From Fibrobacteria bacterium (GTDB taxonomy: Bacteria; Fibrobacterota; Fibrobacteria; UBA11236), in contig JAYTSD010000043.1 in assembly GCA_043745805.1 (NCBI GenBank), positions 1 to 64,000 of the forward strand: DNA of 64,000 nt. The letters are read 5' to 3'. Positions 26,951-37,666 of the stretch are shown here, one piece after another. Within the stretch, counting starts at the first letter, position 1, and each line of letters starts with the position of its first letter. Position numbers and translations under genes: made by a program. The notes under the pieces were generated by a model that was not told the DNA's origin, did not search any database, and saw nothing but the letters and a program-made list of their open reading frames with translations.

Positions 26951-28053
26951 TGGAATCTTCGCTCAAAAAAAAATCAATCTGCATTAATGTTTTATTTATT
27001 AATAATTATCCTGGTGGTATTGGTGGGTATACTTATCACTTGGTAAAAAATATGGTGGAACAAAGGCCAGATTTGGAATTCACCATTCTCACGCATAAAA
27101 ATGCAGCTCATTTGTTTAGTGATCTTCCTTCGATAAAAATTCATCAATTGCCTTTAACCAATATCTTTGCAAAATTATTTTACTTCCAACTTGTTTTCCC
27201 TTTTTTTGTGCGCAAATATGATTTACTGCATTCCACTGGGAATATGGGAATGCTAATATGTCCAATTAAACAAGTTATAACCATTCATGACAGTTATGAA
27301 CATGTGTCGTCAGAACGGTTTAGCATCATAAAGCGTGCAATGATGAAGTTCGTGATTTCTAATTCTGGAAGGGCTGCTAGTATTATTTTTACGGATTCAA
27401 TTAATTCTCAAAAAGACATTGCTCGGTTTTATCCGCATTTAAAACAAAAAATAAAACTTGTTTATCTTGGTAATAAATTTCTTATCCAAAGAGAAGTTGT
27501 GGATCGCGCTAGACAAAATTTCATTTTTGTGGGAACTACAGAACCGGGGAAAAACATTAAAGATATTCTTCTTGCATTTTCCATTTTCAATAAAAATCAC
27601 AATGAACGGTTATTAATTATAGGTGCTAAAGGATGGAAACAATCGGCTATACCGAAGTTGCTAAATAACCTAGGTATTCAAGATAGGGTCGATTTTTTTG
27701 GCTTTATTTCTGACGACGAATTGAAAACAATTTATTCCAGATCTATAGCCTTAATAATAGCCTCCAATTATGAAGGGTTCGGGCTCCCTATTATCGAAGC
27801 CATGGCTTGCGCTTGCCCGGTAATATCGGCACGTAATTCCAGTTTGATTGAAGCCGGTGGTAACAGCGCCATTTTTTTTGAAACGGGTGATGTGATTGAT
27901 TTGTCAAAAAAAATGGAAAGTCTTTATTTGAATAAGGAATTGCAAAAACAGTGTATACTCTTGGGTTTTGAGCATGCGAACAATTTTAAATGGGAAAAAA
28001 CAGCAATGGAAACGCTTGAAGGTTACAATTCTCTTGACAAGCAATTTATTTAA
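26950..28053 (+). CDS. Glycosyltransferase family 4
   Basis: TIHD, FVGTTEPGKN, YEGFGLPIIEAMAC. Confidence 0.9.
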   Translation: MESSLKKKSICINVLFINNYPGGIGGYTYHLVKNMVEQRPDLEFTILTHKNAAHLFSDLPSIKIHQLPLTNIFAKLFYFQLVFPFFVRKYDLLHSTGNMGMLICPIKQVITIHDSYEHVSSERFSIIKRAMMKFVISNSGRAASIIFTDSINSQKDIARFYPHLKQKIKLVYLGNKFLIQREVVDRARQNFIFVGTTEPGKNIKDILLAFSIFNKNHNERLLIIGAKGWKQSAIPKLLNNLGIQDRVDFFGFISDDELKTIYSRSIALIIASNYEGFGLPIIEAMACACPVISARNSSLIEAGGNSAIFFETGDVIDLSKKMESLYLNKELQKQCILLGFEHANNFKWEKTAMETLEGYNSLDKQFI

Positions 28054-28107
28054 TCAAATTTATAGCGGTGAGGACGATGCCGGTAATTAATCGGATGAAT
28101 TGGAATA

Positions 28108-29199
28108 CTATCTAGGGGTCAGCCATCGATTTAGCATAGGCTGAATACGTGCTTCGGCCAGATATGAAAGCGCGAGTATAACCGGCGCAACCCAGATCAC
28201 GAAATCTAATGTTATTGATCGAGTTAAGTGGTACGCGCCAGCCACTAACAATACAGGGACATGGAATATATACATTCCGTAGGAGATCCGCGCCACAGGC
28301 AGAAAGGCTCGCGTGATGAGGGCTGCTCCTAGAAATCGAGCCTTCCACCATGCGAAACATGCAGTTAGGAGACCAAGGGCGGTCAGAAAGTGGCGTAATT
28401 CGAGCTCTGGTCCTATGCTTCCGGTGCGGTGAGACCAACAAATGAGGCTCGCCCAAATAAGGGTAAATAGTGATATAATCGCAATGCAGGGAACGAGTGC
28501 CTTCCATTGAAACAATGATCCACGCATGCACTCTCGAGAAATCTCTACTCCACTCCACCACAAGATGAAATAGATGGCGAAAAGTGAGAATTGGTTAGGA
28601 CATATGCACTGAACGGCGAAGCCCACAAGGCCGATTCCGGCAACAACAGCTAGCTGTGCACGAGGCCGATCTCGAAGGAGTGACGTAATAGGAAAGAATG
28701 CCATGTAAAAGAACCACTCGTAGCTGAGCGACCAGAGGGGGGAATTCTGCTGGTAAGGAATGAACCAATTTCCCGCCTTTCCATAATCCTGTAGCATAGC
28801 CAAGTTCCCTACGAGTGTGAAGGCATCGATGGATACAAGGTGACCCGCAATGAAGCAATTAGCTACATAAGCCAGGAGTAATGCGATGAGGAACAGTGGA
28901 TAGATTCGGCGGAAGCGTCGGAGAAAGTATTCTCGAAATGAAAAATTACGGCCCGGCGCGAATGTTGATCGAAAAATGACAAAACCGGATAGGATGAAGA
29001 AAGTAATTACCGCTACTTGCCCGAATACGAATAATGCAGCTATCTTGGGGTGTTGCTTATTGAGTATCCAGTGACCAAAGTGGTGAACGACAATGTATGA
29101 GGCCGCCAATCCCCTGAGGCCTTCGATGATGGGGATCTTGGACTGACTTGGATTCAAGTCTCCATTAGTTTCAACACTCTTCCTGTGTAAAAATCTCAT
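28108..29199 (-). CDS. Acyltransferase family 3 (O-acetyltransferase-like)
   Basis: IEGLRGLAA..IVVHH, FFILSGFVI, RRFRRIYP, WSLSYEWFFY, ISYGMYIFH. Confidence 0.9.
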   Translation of the reverse strand: MRFLHRKSVETNGDLNPSQSKIPIIEGLRGLAASYIVVHHFGHWILNKQHPKIAALFVFGQVAVITFFILSGFVIFRSTFAPGRNFSFREYFLRRFRRIYPLFLIALLLAYVANCFIAGHLVSIDAFTLVGNLAMLQDYGKAGNWFIPYQQNSPLWSLSYEWFFYMAFFPITSLLRDRPRAQLAVVAGIGLVGFAVQCICPNQFSLFAIYFILWWSGVEISRECMRGSLFQWKALVPCIAIISLFTLIWASLICWSHRTGSIGPELELRHFLTALGLLTACFAWWKARFLGAALITRAFLPVARISYGMYIFHVPVLLVAGAYHLTRSITLDFVIWVAPVILALSYLAEARIQPMLNRWLTPR

Positions 29200-29283
29200 A
29201 TTTTCACTCCACGAACGATCTCGTCCGATCCAGACAGATTATACGTACTAATTTTTAGTTTTCTTTTGTAAGCGTCACAAGAA

Positions 29284-29985
29284 TCAATCGCTAAAGACCG
29301 GCAACTCACTATCGGAAAAAGTTTCGTTGTTCATTTTTAATAGCCGAATCGTATTTTCAAACGATACTCCGTAATGGTCGGATGACGCTTTACGCGATCG
29401 AACTAAACCAATTCCCTGAACAAATATGCTTTGCGGTTTATAGTAAGCACTTAGGTATTCAGCATAAATTCCATTATCTAATACATATCGATTTTCTTTT
29501 TTAAGGAATTTGACATCTAGGCTATCTTCTGGGTGATTGGAAGTAGTAAAAACACTGAAATTAAAATTTGAATTGCCAGTATATGAAGTGTCACCTTGCA
29601 ATTTCATGATATCGGTATTTATTTCTATTAATTGAACGGTATCGATATTAAATATTTTCGTTGTATCATATTTCAATGGATCTAGGTAGGATTGCATTTG
29701 CATGGAAATCCCGGAATCGGAAAAAACTACTTTAAAAAATATTTTATCATTTGATCGGTACGATTCTAAAATATTGACTTTTTTTATGACTTCTCTTTGG
29801 CCGATCACATAGTGCAGATATCCAAAGGTTTTGTCTTTATATTCATATACCCATTCAGTATTCTCAACGAGGGGAAGAAAATCACCAATCATCTTAGGCT
29901 TATCATCATTGGAGAATAGCCATCCTGAACAAGAACATAAAATCAAAATTGCGATAGTAAAGAAAAGTAACCTAGTTAGAATCAT
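29284..29985 (-). CDS. Hypothetical lipoprotein
   Basis: Signal with LCSC lipobox; FLPL..NTEWVY start and FVQGIGLVR near the end. Confidence 0.65.
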   Translation of the reverse strand: MILTRLLFFTIAILILCSCSGWLFSNDDKPKMIGDFLPLVENTEWVYEYKDKTFGYLHYVIGQREVIKKVNILESYRSNDKIFFKVVFSDSGISMQMQSYLDPLKYDTTKIFNIDTVQLIEINTDIMKLQGDTSYTGNSNFNFSVFTTSNHPEDSLDVKFLKKENRYVLDNGIYAEYLSAYYKPQSIFVQGIGLVRSRKASSDHYGVSFENTIRLLKMNNETFSDSELPVFSD

Positions 29986-30061
29986 TCATTTTCTCTTTAT
30001 TTCAAATAAAAGCAGGTATTAATATCATACAAAAAACAAATAAGATATCAAATCAACAGGT

Positions 30062-31060
30062 TTAAAGCGGGATATTAAAGTCATCCCCTTTGAAAGCGAT
30101 TCTTTCTTTAAGCCAATTTTTTCTAAGCAAAGACTCAAACTCTTTGGATGATAAGGCGCTATGCCTCAAAATAGCCTTGCGTTTAGGCCACATTTTGGGT
30201 ATGAGACAAAGACTGTCCCAATTTGCCTTAATAAAAGTGATTCCCAAACCTAAACGAAGATAATTGAAAAAACGCAGACATTTCATGCAAAAAAAATGGG
30301 GCAAACTTTTTAGCAAAGTGAGCGTCGGGTAGTTTTTGAAATAAAAAAGCGAAAGATTTCTTTCGCTAAAATAAAGACTGGTTTTGCTTTTTTTCCCGCC
30401 TAATGAAGCGGATCCTTTGTGATACACTTTGGCATCCGGTAAAAATAATATTTTAAATCCACCATGCTGCGCACGGAATGACAAATCTAAATCTTCAAAT
30501 AGCAGGAAAAAATCTTCATCAAAAAATCCAATTTGCTTTATGATTTTTTGCGAATACACAGCAGCTCCTGCGCAAGCTGCGCTAATGAATTTCTCTTCGG
30601 TAAATTTTTGTACTGGATAACCAGAGAAAGAAAATGGAATACCATTAGTGTAAACTGTATCGCCTGCGGAATCCGCTAAATGCCTCTCACGATAATTAAT
30701 TAGAAAACAACCGAAAACTTGAATATCAGGGTGATTTTTTATCGCATGCTCTATGTTACGAAGTACATCGGCTTCTAACTGTGTATCATTGTTTAACAAA
30801 AAAACAAATTCGCCGTTACAATGGGGAAGACCTAAATTATTTCCTCCCGCGAATCCGGTATTAGATGGCGAACGAATAATTTGAACCTGCGGAAATTTTT
30901 TTTCAAGGTAAGCAATAGAGCCATCCTGTGAGGCATTATCTACCAGAATAACTTCAAAACTCTGAAAGCTTTGCGCATATATCGAAGCCAAGCATTCTTC
31001 CAAATGTTTTAACCCATTGTAATTCACTATCAAAATACTGATTAAGACATTGTTAGACAT
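30062..31060 (-). CDS. Glycosyltransferase family 2
   Basis: ILIVNYNG, VDNASQDGS, NTGFAGGNNLG, LLNND, FEDLDLSFR. Confidence 0.9.
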   Translation of the reverse strand: MSNNVLISILIVNYNGLKHLEECLASIYAQSFQSFEVILVDNASQDGSIAYLEKKFPQVQIIRSPSNTGFAGGNNLGLPHCNGEFVFLLNNDTQLEADVLRNIEHAIKNHPDIQVFGCFLINYRERHLADSAGDTVYTNGIPFSFSGYPVQKFTEEKFISAACAGAAVYSQKIIKQIGFFDEDFFLLFEDLDLSFRAQHGGFKILFLPDAKVYHKGSASLGGKKSKTSLYFSERNLSLFYFKNYPTLTLLKSLPHFFCMKCLRFFNYLRLGLGITFIKANWDSLCLIPKMWPKRKAILRHSALSSKEFESLLRKNWLKERIAFKGDDFNIPL

Positions 31061-31220
31061 TGTTTTTCTGGGAGATAGCTTCTGGATTGGATTAATTAAG
31101 TTCTTTATACTTCAGTTATTTGTCTAACGAAATTACAAAAACTGGAGTAGAACGGGTATCGTAGGGTGTATATTTTGATAAAAAAGACGTTTCGATCGTT
31201 ACTATTTAAATCGGAAAAAC

Positions 31221-32171
31221 ATGAAGCAAACTATCATTAAATTCATCCAGTTAATTGGCTCCCCTATTACTTTATTTTCCGCCATTTGGTTGAAATTCAT
31301 CAAAGAAAAAGGAACGGGTAGACGCGGCGATGCAATTTTTATGCGTTTGGGAATCCTTCCTGTTCTAGATCATTATTATCAGCCCCTAATTAACCCGCAA
31401 AAATATTTGAAAAGATCATTAAGAGAAGATCGAGATCTTCAGGGAATCGATTTTAATGTTAAGGAACAGTTAAACATATTGAAGGAATTCCATTACAATG
31501 ATGAGCTGCTAAAATTCCCAATCAATAAAACTTCAGATACAGCATTTCATTATGACAATGGTTCTTATTGTTCAGGGGATGCAGAGTATCTTTATAACAT
31601 GGTCCGGTATTTTAAACCTCAAAGGATTATAGAAATAGGGAGCGGCCATTCGACTCTTATGATTAGGAATGCCATTGTTGCTAATCGATTCGAAAATCCC
31701 AATTATGCTTGCCAACATATTTGTATTGAGCCTTATGAAATGCCTTGGCTTGAGAAAATTGAAGTGGAGTTGATTAGAGAAAAAGTTGAAAATTTGAATA
31801 AGACCTTTTTTCAAAAACTGGAAAAAAATGACATCCTTTTCATCGACTCCTCTCATATTATCAGGCCTCAAGGCGATGTCCTTTTTGAATATTTGGAATT
31901 ATTGCCAACTTTGAAGTCGGGCGTGCTTACCCATGCCCATGATATTTTTAGTCCAAAGGATTATTTGGATGAATGGGTGTTTAATAATCATTTACTATGG
32001 AATGAGCAGTACTTATTGGAGGCTTTTTTAACCTTTAACTCTGAATTTAAAATCATCGGCGCCTTGAATTATCTTAAACACCATCATTTGCAAGAATTTG
32101 CTGAAAAAAGTCCCATATTTGCAAAGCAAGAATGGCGCGAGCCCGGTGCATTTTGGATGGTAAAAAAATAA
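31221..32171 (+). CDS. Class I SAM-dependent methyltransferase
   Basis: IIEIGSGHST, LFIDSSH, HAHDIF, WNEQYLL. Confidence 0.85.
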   Translation: MKQTIIKFIQLIGSPITLFSAIWLKFIKEKGTGRRGDAIFMRLGILPVLDHYYQPLINPQKYLKRSLREDRDLQGIDFNVKEQLNILKEFHYNDELLKFPINKTSDTAFHYDNGSYCSGDAEYLYNMVRYFKPQRIIEIGSGHSTLMIRNAIVANRFENPNYACQHICIEPYEMPWLEKIEVELIREKVENLNKTFFQKLEKNDILFIDSSHIIRPQGDVLFEYLELLPTLKSGVLTHAHDIFSPKDYLDEWVFNNHLLWNEQYLLEAFLTFNSEFKIIGALNYLKHHHLQEFAEKSPIFAKQEWREPGAFWMVKK

Positions 32172-32293
32172 TATACCCTAGGGGTCTATTTAACTTTTGA
32201 CGCACTCATTAAATATAAAGGCGACTTCAAACCGGAGCTCAAGATGAGCCCTCATACGTGTAATTTAGGGAAAAAATTTGTAGTTTAAGGGGC

Positions 32294-33499
32294 ATGATTC
32301 AAATTACACATTCCCTGAAAAAGACGGTTTCCCCCCTTTTTTTTTTCCTTGTAGCCTTAGGGGTTACGAGTGCCCAAACCCTCCCATTTATACCTAAAAA
32401 TAACGTTGATGAATCGGATTATACACCGACGCTTCCAACTGAAAACTTAATCCCTACCTCAATCGATTTAAAAGAATCGGCCGATTTTCCAATCGATCCG
32501 AAAACCTATGAACTTGGTCCAGGAGATATTATTGGAGTAGACATTTTCGCTAAAGTGTATGCAAAAATATCCCTCAAAATAAATCCCCAAAATGGAGTGG
32601 TTTTTCCTCAAATAGGCTTTGTTTCCACGCAAGGCCAAACCCCTTTTTCATTGGAAGAACAGATAAAGCCGCTGATGAGAAAAAAGGTAAAGGCGGATTC
32701 TATAAAAGTATATCTCGAAAAAGGTAAAAAAATCAGATTAACGGTTTATGGATCGGTAAAAAAACCAGGACAAATTTTATTAGAGAATTTTTCTCGACTC
32801 ACTGAGGCTTTAAAGGAGGCTGATTTACTTCCTTGGGCATCGCGAAATAATATCAAAGTTGAAACCGTGGGCGGAGTAAAAGAATATGATGTTTTTAAAG
32901 CAGTGAAAACGGGCGATACAATCGGCAACCCTATGTTAACATCAGGAAGTAAAATTTTTATTTCCTCATGCCTTGAATCGGGTAAGTATTTCACTTTTAA
33001 AAAGGGCTCTTTAATAACCCGGGTATGTTTACCCGAAGGCGCTCAAGTTTTGGATCTTCCCATTTTATTGCGTGATCTTATGGGTAAAAATGGAAATATG
33101 TATAGCCTTATTATTAAACGTGATAAATCAGCAAAATCAGTGGATAGCTATGCCAGCGATAGCTTGAAAGATCAGGATAGCGTCATCGTGAATTCGGGAG
33201 AGTCAAAAGTTTTTGTGACCGGATCCGTTCCCAGGCCAGGGCAATATTCATTCGATCCATGGTTATCCTTGCAGCAATATGTTTCATTGGCTGGGGGAGA
33301 AGATGCAAGGGGCAATGGCATGTCCGTCAAGTTGTACAGGAATAATATTGAGGTTCCAGTAAATCAAAATACTCAGGTGGAATCCGGTGATATACTATAC
33401 GTTTCAACTAGGGTCATCGTTCGATTTAATGAGTATTTAAGTGCAATGGTTGCATTGGCGACTTTGCTAATTGCTGCAAAAAGTATAAATGCATTTTGA
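32294..33499 (+). CDS. Wza-like polysaccharide export protein with SLBB domains
   Basis: YELGPGD, VYGSVKKPG, VTGSVPRPG..AGG, C-terminal amphipathic/TM helix. Confidence 0.8.
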   Translation: MIQITHSLKKTVSPLFFFLVALGVTSAQTLPFIPKNNVDESDYTPTLPTENLIPTSIDLKESADFPIDPKTYELGPGDIIGVDIFAKVYAKISLKINPQNGVVFPQIGFVSTQGQTPFSLEEQIKPLMRKKVKADSIKVYLEKGKKIRLTVYGSVKKPGQILLENFSRLTEALKEADLLPWASRNNIKVETVGGVKEYDVFKAVKTGDTIGNPMLTSGSKIFISSCLESGKYFTFKKGSLITRVCLPEGAQVLDLPILLRDLMGKNGNMYSLIIKRDKSAKSVDSYASDSLKDQDSVIVNSGESKVFVTGSVPRPGQYSFDPWLSLQQYVSLAGGEDARGNGMSVKLYRNNIEVPVNQNTQVESGDILYVSTRVIVRFNEYLSAMVALATLLIAAKSINAF

Positions 33500-34622
33500 T
33501 AAGGGACTTCCCTTATCAAAATCTTCAATAAATCCCCCTAAAAAAATAAATGTCATTATCCCGTTTATTTATAATACGGGAGGAATAAAATTAATCTTGG
33601 AACACTCTCGTTTTTTTCAGGAAAACGGATATGTAGTTACTGTTTTTTATCCCTTTATCAAATACAAACCCTATTACAGTTTTAAAGAAATAATTTCTGC
33701 GATAATCGCCCAGTCTTCATCTCCTTTTTTATTAGCAGAAAAAATTTATGACCGCTTCTTTACAAAAAACACCAAGAAAATCGCATTAAATGATTCTTTG
33801 GAATTCAAAAAAGTATTTTGGATATCCCGATTTTTCATCCCTTCTGCCGACATCATTATAGCAACTTCCTGGCCTACAGCGATTAGTGTGGCAAAACTTC
33901 CAAATACATGCGGTGAAAAATTTTATTTCATTCAGGGATATGAAACTTGGGGCGGATACCAAAAGAAAGTTGAAAGTACTTATCACTTGCCATTGAAACT
34001 TGTCACTATTTCTCCTTGGCTGACAGGCATAGTGGAAAGGGTAAGTAAGAGAAAAATTTCAAAAGAAATACATAATGGAATAAATCTCAATAGGTTTCAG
34101 CCGGCGGTTAAAATAGGAGATAAAATTCGGATCTTAATGCCCTATCACACTTTGCCGCAAAAGGCTTCCAAAGAAGGCATTGAGATATTAAAGTCCATCG
34201 CTATAAATTTTCCAGATATCGAAATTAATATTTTTGGTTTGTTTAAAAATCCGCATCTTGGTTCATTTTACACTTATTATGAAAATCCAAATCCAAATGA
34301 ACTCCTTGGATTATATCAGCAATCCCATATAATGCTGTATCCATCCATTGAAGAAGGTTGGGGGTTATCTATTTTGGAGGCCATGGCTTGTAAATGCGCC
34401 GTAGTTGCAAATAAAATGGGATGCGTGCCTGTCTTATATAATGGTAAAAACATGTTAGTTAGCGAATCCTTTGATTTCGGGGAACTTAAAAGCCATATTA
34501 CCCTTTTGATTCAAAATCCAGAAATCCGATCTTCAATTTCTGAAGGCGGGTATCAGACGGCTCTCCAATTTGATGTAAAAGTACAGGCTCAGAAATTTAT
34601 GGAACTTTTTTTAAAATCATAA
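33489..34622 (+). CDS. Glycosyltransferase family 4
   Basis: TGGIK, IATSWPTA, FYFIQGYE, EGWGLSILEAMAC. Confidence 0.88.
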   Translation: MHFDKGLPLSKSSINPPKKINVIIPFIYNTGGIKLILEHSRFFQENGYVVTVFYPFIKYKPYYSFKEIISAIIAQSSSPFLLAEKIYDRFFTKNTKKIALNDSLEFKKVFWISRFFIPSADIIIATSWPTAISVAKLPNTCGEKFYFIQGYETWGGYQKKVESTYHLPLKLVTISPWLTGIVERVSKRKISKEIHNGINLNRFQPAVKIGDKIRILMPYHTLPQKASKEGIEILKSIAINFPDIEINIFGLFKNPHLGSFYTYYENPNPNELLGLYQQSHIMLYPSIEEGWGLSILEAMACKCAVVANKMGCVPVLYNGKNMLVSESFDFGELKSHITLLIQNPEIRSSISEGGYQTALQFDVKVQAQKFMELFLKS

Positions 34623-34637
34623 AAGTTACGGTAAGGT

Positions 34638-35369
34638 ATGAAGAATATAAGGCAGTTAGTAAAGAAACTAATTCAAAGAACAGGATACGATTTAATCAAG
34701 TTTCCCCCTTTACCTGAATCGACCATTAGGAGGCGGGCTTTTTTTAAAACCGAAATGTTCGATGTTATCATCGATATTGGTGCTAATATTGGACAGTTTG
34801 CGCAGTATACTCGCAATCAACTGAAGTTTGAAAATAAAATAATTTCATTCGAGCCTTTAACGAGTGCATTCGAATCTTTGAAATTAAATGCCAGCAAAGA
34901 CCCGAAATGGGCAATATTTAATTGTGCCATTGGCAATGAATTAGGAAAAAAGGAAATCAATATTGCTGGAAATTCTTTTAGTAGTTCATTACTTGAAATG
35001 CTTCCCGCCCATTTAGATGCTGCACCGCACTCGAAATACGAGAGGAAAGAATGGATAGAGGTAAAACCTTTGGATTCTTTTTTAGAGACTGCATTCAAGA
35101 AGACTGAAAAAATTTTCTTGAAAATAGATACGCAAGGTTTTGAGAAACAGGTATTGGATGGTGCAAAAGAATCTTTGAAATTTATTTCAACTATACAATT
35201 AGAAATGTCATTGGTCCCTCTCTATCAAGGAGAGTTGGTATTTCGTGAAATGTATCCTATTCTAATGGGTTTGGGTTACACATTAATTGATTTTGAAGCT
35301 GGATTTACCGATCCGACAACGGGGCGACTTCTTCAAATCGATGGGATCTTTCAAAGGCGAAAACCTTGA
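34638..35369 (+). CDS. FkbM-family methyltransferase
   Basis: IDIGANIGQF, SFEP, LKIDTQGFE, LLQIDGIF. Confidence 0.9.
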   Translation: MKNIRQLVKKLIQRTGYDLIKFPPLPESTIRRRAFFKTEMFDVIIDIGANIGQFAQYTRNQLKFENKIISFEPLTSAFESLKLNASKDPKWAIFNCAIGNELGKKEINIAGNSFSSSLLEMLPAHLDAAPHSKYERKEWIEVKPLDSFLETAFKKTEKIFLKIDTQGFEKQVLDGAKESLKFISTIQLEMSLVPLYQGELVFREMYPILMGLGYTLIDFEAGFTDPTTGRLLQIDGIFQRRKP

Positions 35370-35388
35370 GGAAAAAATAATCCGAAAA

Positions 35389-36153
35389 ATGAAAATTTCT
35401 ATTATCACCCCAAGTTACAACCATGCCCATTTTATTGAGGATACTATTAACAGTGTATTGCAGCAACATGGTTGTGATATAGAGCATATCATTATGGATG
35501 GCGGTTCCCAGGATGGCACGGTTGAAATTTTAAAAAAATATCCGCATTTGAATTGGGTATCAGAAAAAGATCATGGTCAAACAGATGCGATAAATCGCGG
35601 GATGAAAAAAGCCAGCGGGGATATAATTGCATGGCTCAATTCTGATGACTACTATGATAAAGATATCTTGAATGACGTCGCGCACTATTTCGAAAAACAT
35701 CCGGAATGTTATTTCTTATATGGTGACCTTACTTTCGTGGATGAGAATAAAAAATATTTAGGGCAGGCCGCTGGAAAAAAAATGGGTTACGACGCCTTGT
35801 CGAAAAATCCTGATCTCGTGAGACAACCCGCTTCGTTTTGGAGAAAAGAAATATTAGAGCAGGTCGGCTTCTTGAATGAAAATCTTAATCTTGTAATGGA
35901 TTTCGAATTTTTTCTTAGGATAGCGAAACGATTCGAAATGCATTATTTGGATAAAAACATATCCTATTTTAGGCTTCATGATAATTGCAAGACAGTACAA
36001 TTCGGTAATCGGCAATTGGAAGAAATAAAGCTGGTGCTCCAAGAATTAACTCAAGAACCACAAAGGCTTTTCAAGCAACTTATCTTTCAACGAAAGAAAC
36101 AAAAAATGAAAGAAACGCTGTATGGCTATTTTAAATTCCTGAAAGGAAAGTAA
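35389..36153 (+). CDS. Glycosyltransferase family 2
   Basis: Start revised to MKISIITPSYN (ATG 35389); DGGSQDGT, WLNSDD. Confidence 0.9.
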   Translation: MKISIITPSYNHAHFIEDTINSVLQQHGCDIEHIIMDGGSQDGTVEILKKYPHLNWVSEKDHGQTDAINRGMKKASGDIIAWLNSDDYYDKDILNDVAHYFEKHPECYFLYGDLTFVDENKKYLGQAAGKKMGYDALSKNPDLVRQPASFWRKEILEQVGFLNENLNLVMDFEFFLRIAKRFEMHYLDKNISYFRLHDNCKTVQFGNRQLEEIKLVLQELTQEPQRLFKQLIFQRKKQKMKETLYGYFKFLKGK

Positions 36154-36175
36154 TCCGTTTTTTTGTTTCCAAAAA

Positions 36176-37654
36176 TTAATGGACGATTATTCTCCTGATT
36201 TTAGTCATCAACTCCTTTGATTCCTTAGTCAACAAAACCAAAGAGCAAATCCCGCAAAATCCAATTTGAATGATCAATGTAAAATTGGGAATATACGTGC
36301 ATAGAAGAATATTTACTCCCACCAAAAGATGAAAAGGAAATAATATTTTCCACCCGCTTTTTTTTGTGATTGTAGAAAAAAGCAAGTCCGAAAATTTACT
36401 AACAAAATAAAAAATCAAAAAACTGCAAACTAGTACGGACAGATAAAAACCGATTATTCCTGTGGACGCGTCAAAGGTTTTAAACCCTAGCCTAAGAAAT
36501 AAATAAGTCAGTACAACATTCAAACATTGTACGATCAACAAAACTTTTTCCCGTTTAATTCCAATGATGTAAGTGTAGTAAACATATCCGATATTATTAG
36601 TGCTTTCCACTAGCACCAGAATTAGAAAAATAACAATGGAGTCTTTTGTATGATAAAACTTATCCGAGACAATCAAAAAAATGGGAGCCAAAACTCCAAA
36701 TCCCAGTACGGAATAAATAACTGAAAGGTTCGAAATGTGGGACGCATCTTTTGATAAAAAATCTTGGCATTCGAATTGAGTTTTAAGCATACTAATTTTA
36801 GGTAACGTATTCCTAAAAGAGCTTGAAAAAATTCCCGAAAGGGCAACAACAAAACGGCGAGAAATTTCGTAGACCGTTACATTCGATGCCGAGGATAAAA
36901 TTCCAATAGTATATTTAATAATGGGATCAATTGCTGTTCCCAATAAAGTCACCGTTTGGAGCGTGAAATTTTGGTTTAATACCTTGCCCATAGTCTTAAA
37001 ATTCACTCCAGTAAAATCTAGGGACAAATCATTTTGCCGGAATTTAAAGTAAAACAAATAGATTAAAAATTGCACAGCGGAATTCAGAAGGTACGCTTCT
37101 GCCAAAAACAAAACATCAAGTTTAAGATAATAGATTACTACGATTTCAAAAAACTGAAAAAATGAATTTAGAATAGAAAGTATAGAAACGAGTTTAAAGC
37201 GATGCAGTCCTTCAAATGCGCTTCTAAAAAAATTATTTAAGTACCCGCAAAAAAAACTGCCGCCTAAAACGAGACAAATGGAATACAAATTTTTAGGGTT
37301 GGCTTCCGCAATAATTTTTTCATTTGCAACAATCAAATGCTGCGAGGCGGCCACCATTATTGTGGAAATCAGTATGCCTGATAAACCAATAATTACAAAT
37401 GAATTGGAAAATTCTGCAATAACCGATGTATTGGATCTTTTTGAAGAAACCAAACGGACTACCGATGCTCCGATACCGAAATCTAATGCGATGCCAAGTC
37501 CAAAAATAGAAGAAAGTAAAAGCCAAATACCAAAGAGGTTTTTTTCAAAAGCAAGCAGGGATAGTTTTAATCCCACAAAAGAAAAGGTAATAAGTATGAT
37601 ATATTGAATACTTAACCAAACAGAATTCTTGATGTCTTTGGATTCAAAAGCCAT
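36176..37654 (-). CDS. wzx: Wzx-like oligosaccharide flippase
   Basis: Many TM helices, FGIW...LDFGIG motif, polysaccharide locus context. Confidence 0.75.
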   Translation of the reverse strand: MAFESKDIKNSVWLSIQYIILITFSFVGLKLSLLAFEKNLFGIWLLLSSIFGLGIALDFGIGASVVRLVSSKRSNTSVIAEFSNSFVIIGLSGILISTIMVAASQHLIVANEKIIAEANPKNLYSICLVLGGSFFCGYLNNFFRSAFEGLHRFKLVSILSILNSFFQFFEIVVIYYLKLDVLFLAEAYLLNSAVQFLIYLFYFKFRQNDLSLDFTGVNFKTMGKVLNQNFTLQTVTLLGTAIDPIIKYTIGILSSASNVTVYEISRRFVVALSGIFSSSFRNTLPKISMLKTQFECQDFLSKDASHISNLSVIYSVLGFGVLAPIFLIVSDKFYHTKDSIVIFLILVLVESTNNIGYVYYTYIIGIKREKVLLIVQCLNVVLTYLFLRLGFKTFDASTGIIGFYLSVLVCSFLIFYFVSKFSDLLFSTITKKSGWKILFPFHLLVGVNILLCTYIPNFTLIIQIGFCGICSLVLLTKESKELMTKIRRIIVH

Positions 37655-37666
37655 TTGTTGCGAAAG

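Noticed and set aside
35287-35388. Long overlaps implied by ORF-track starts (also 26039, 56967, 58719)
   Set aside because: Downstream ATGs (35389, 26087, 57018, 58785) match family N-termini or RBS positions, so the extensions are artefacts.
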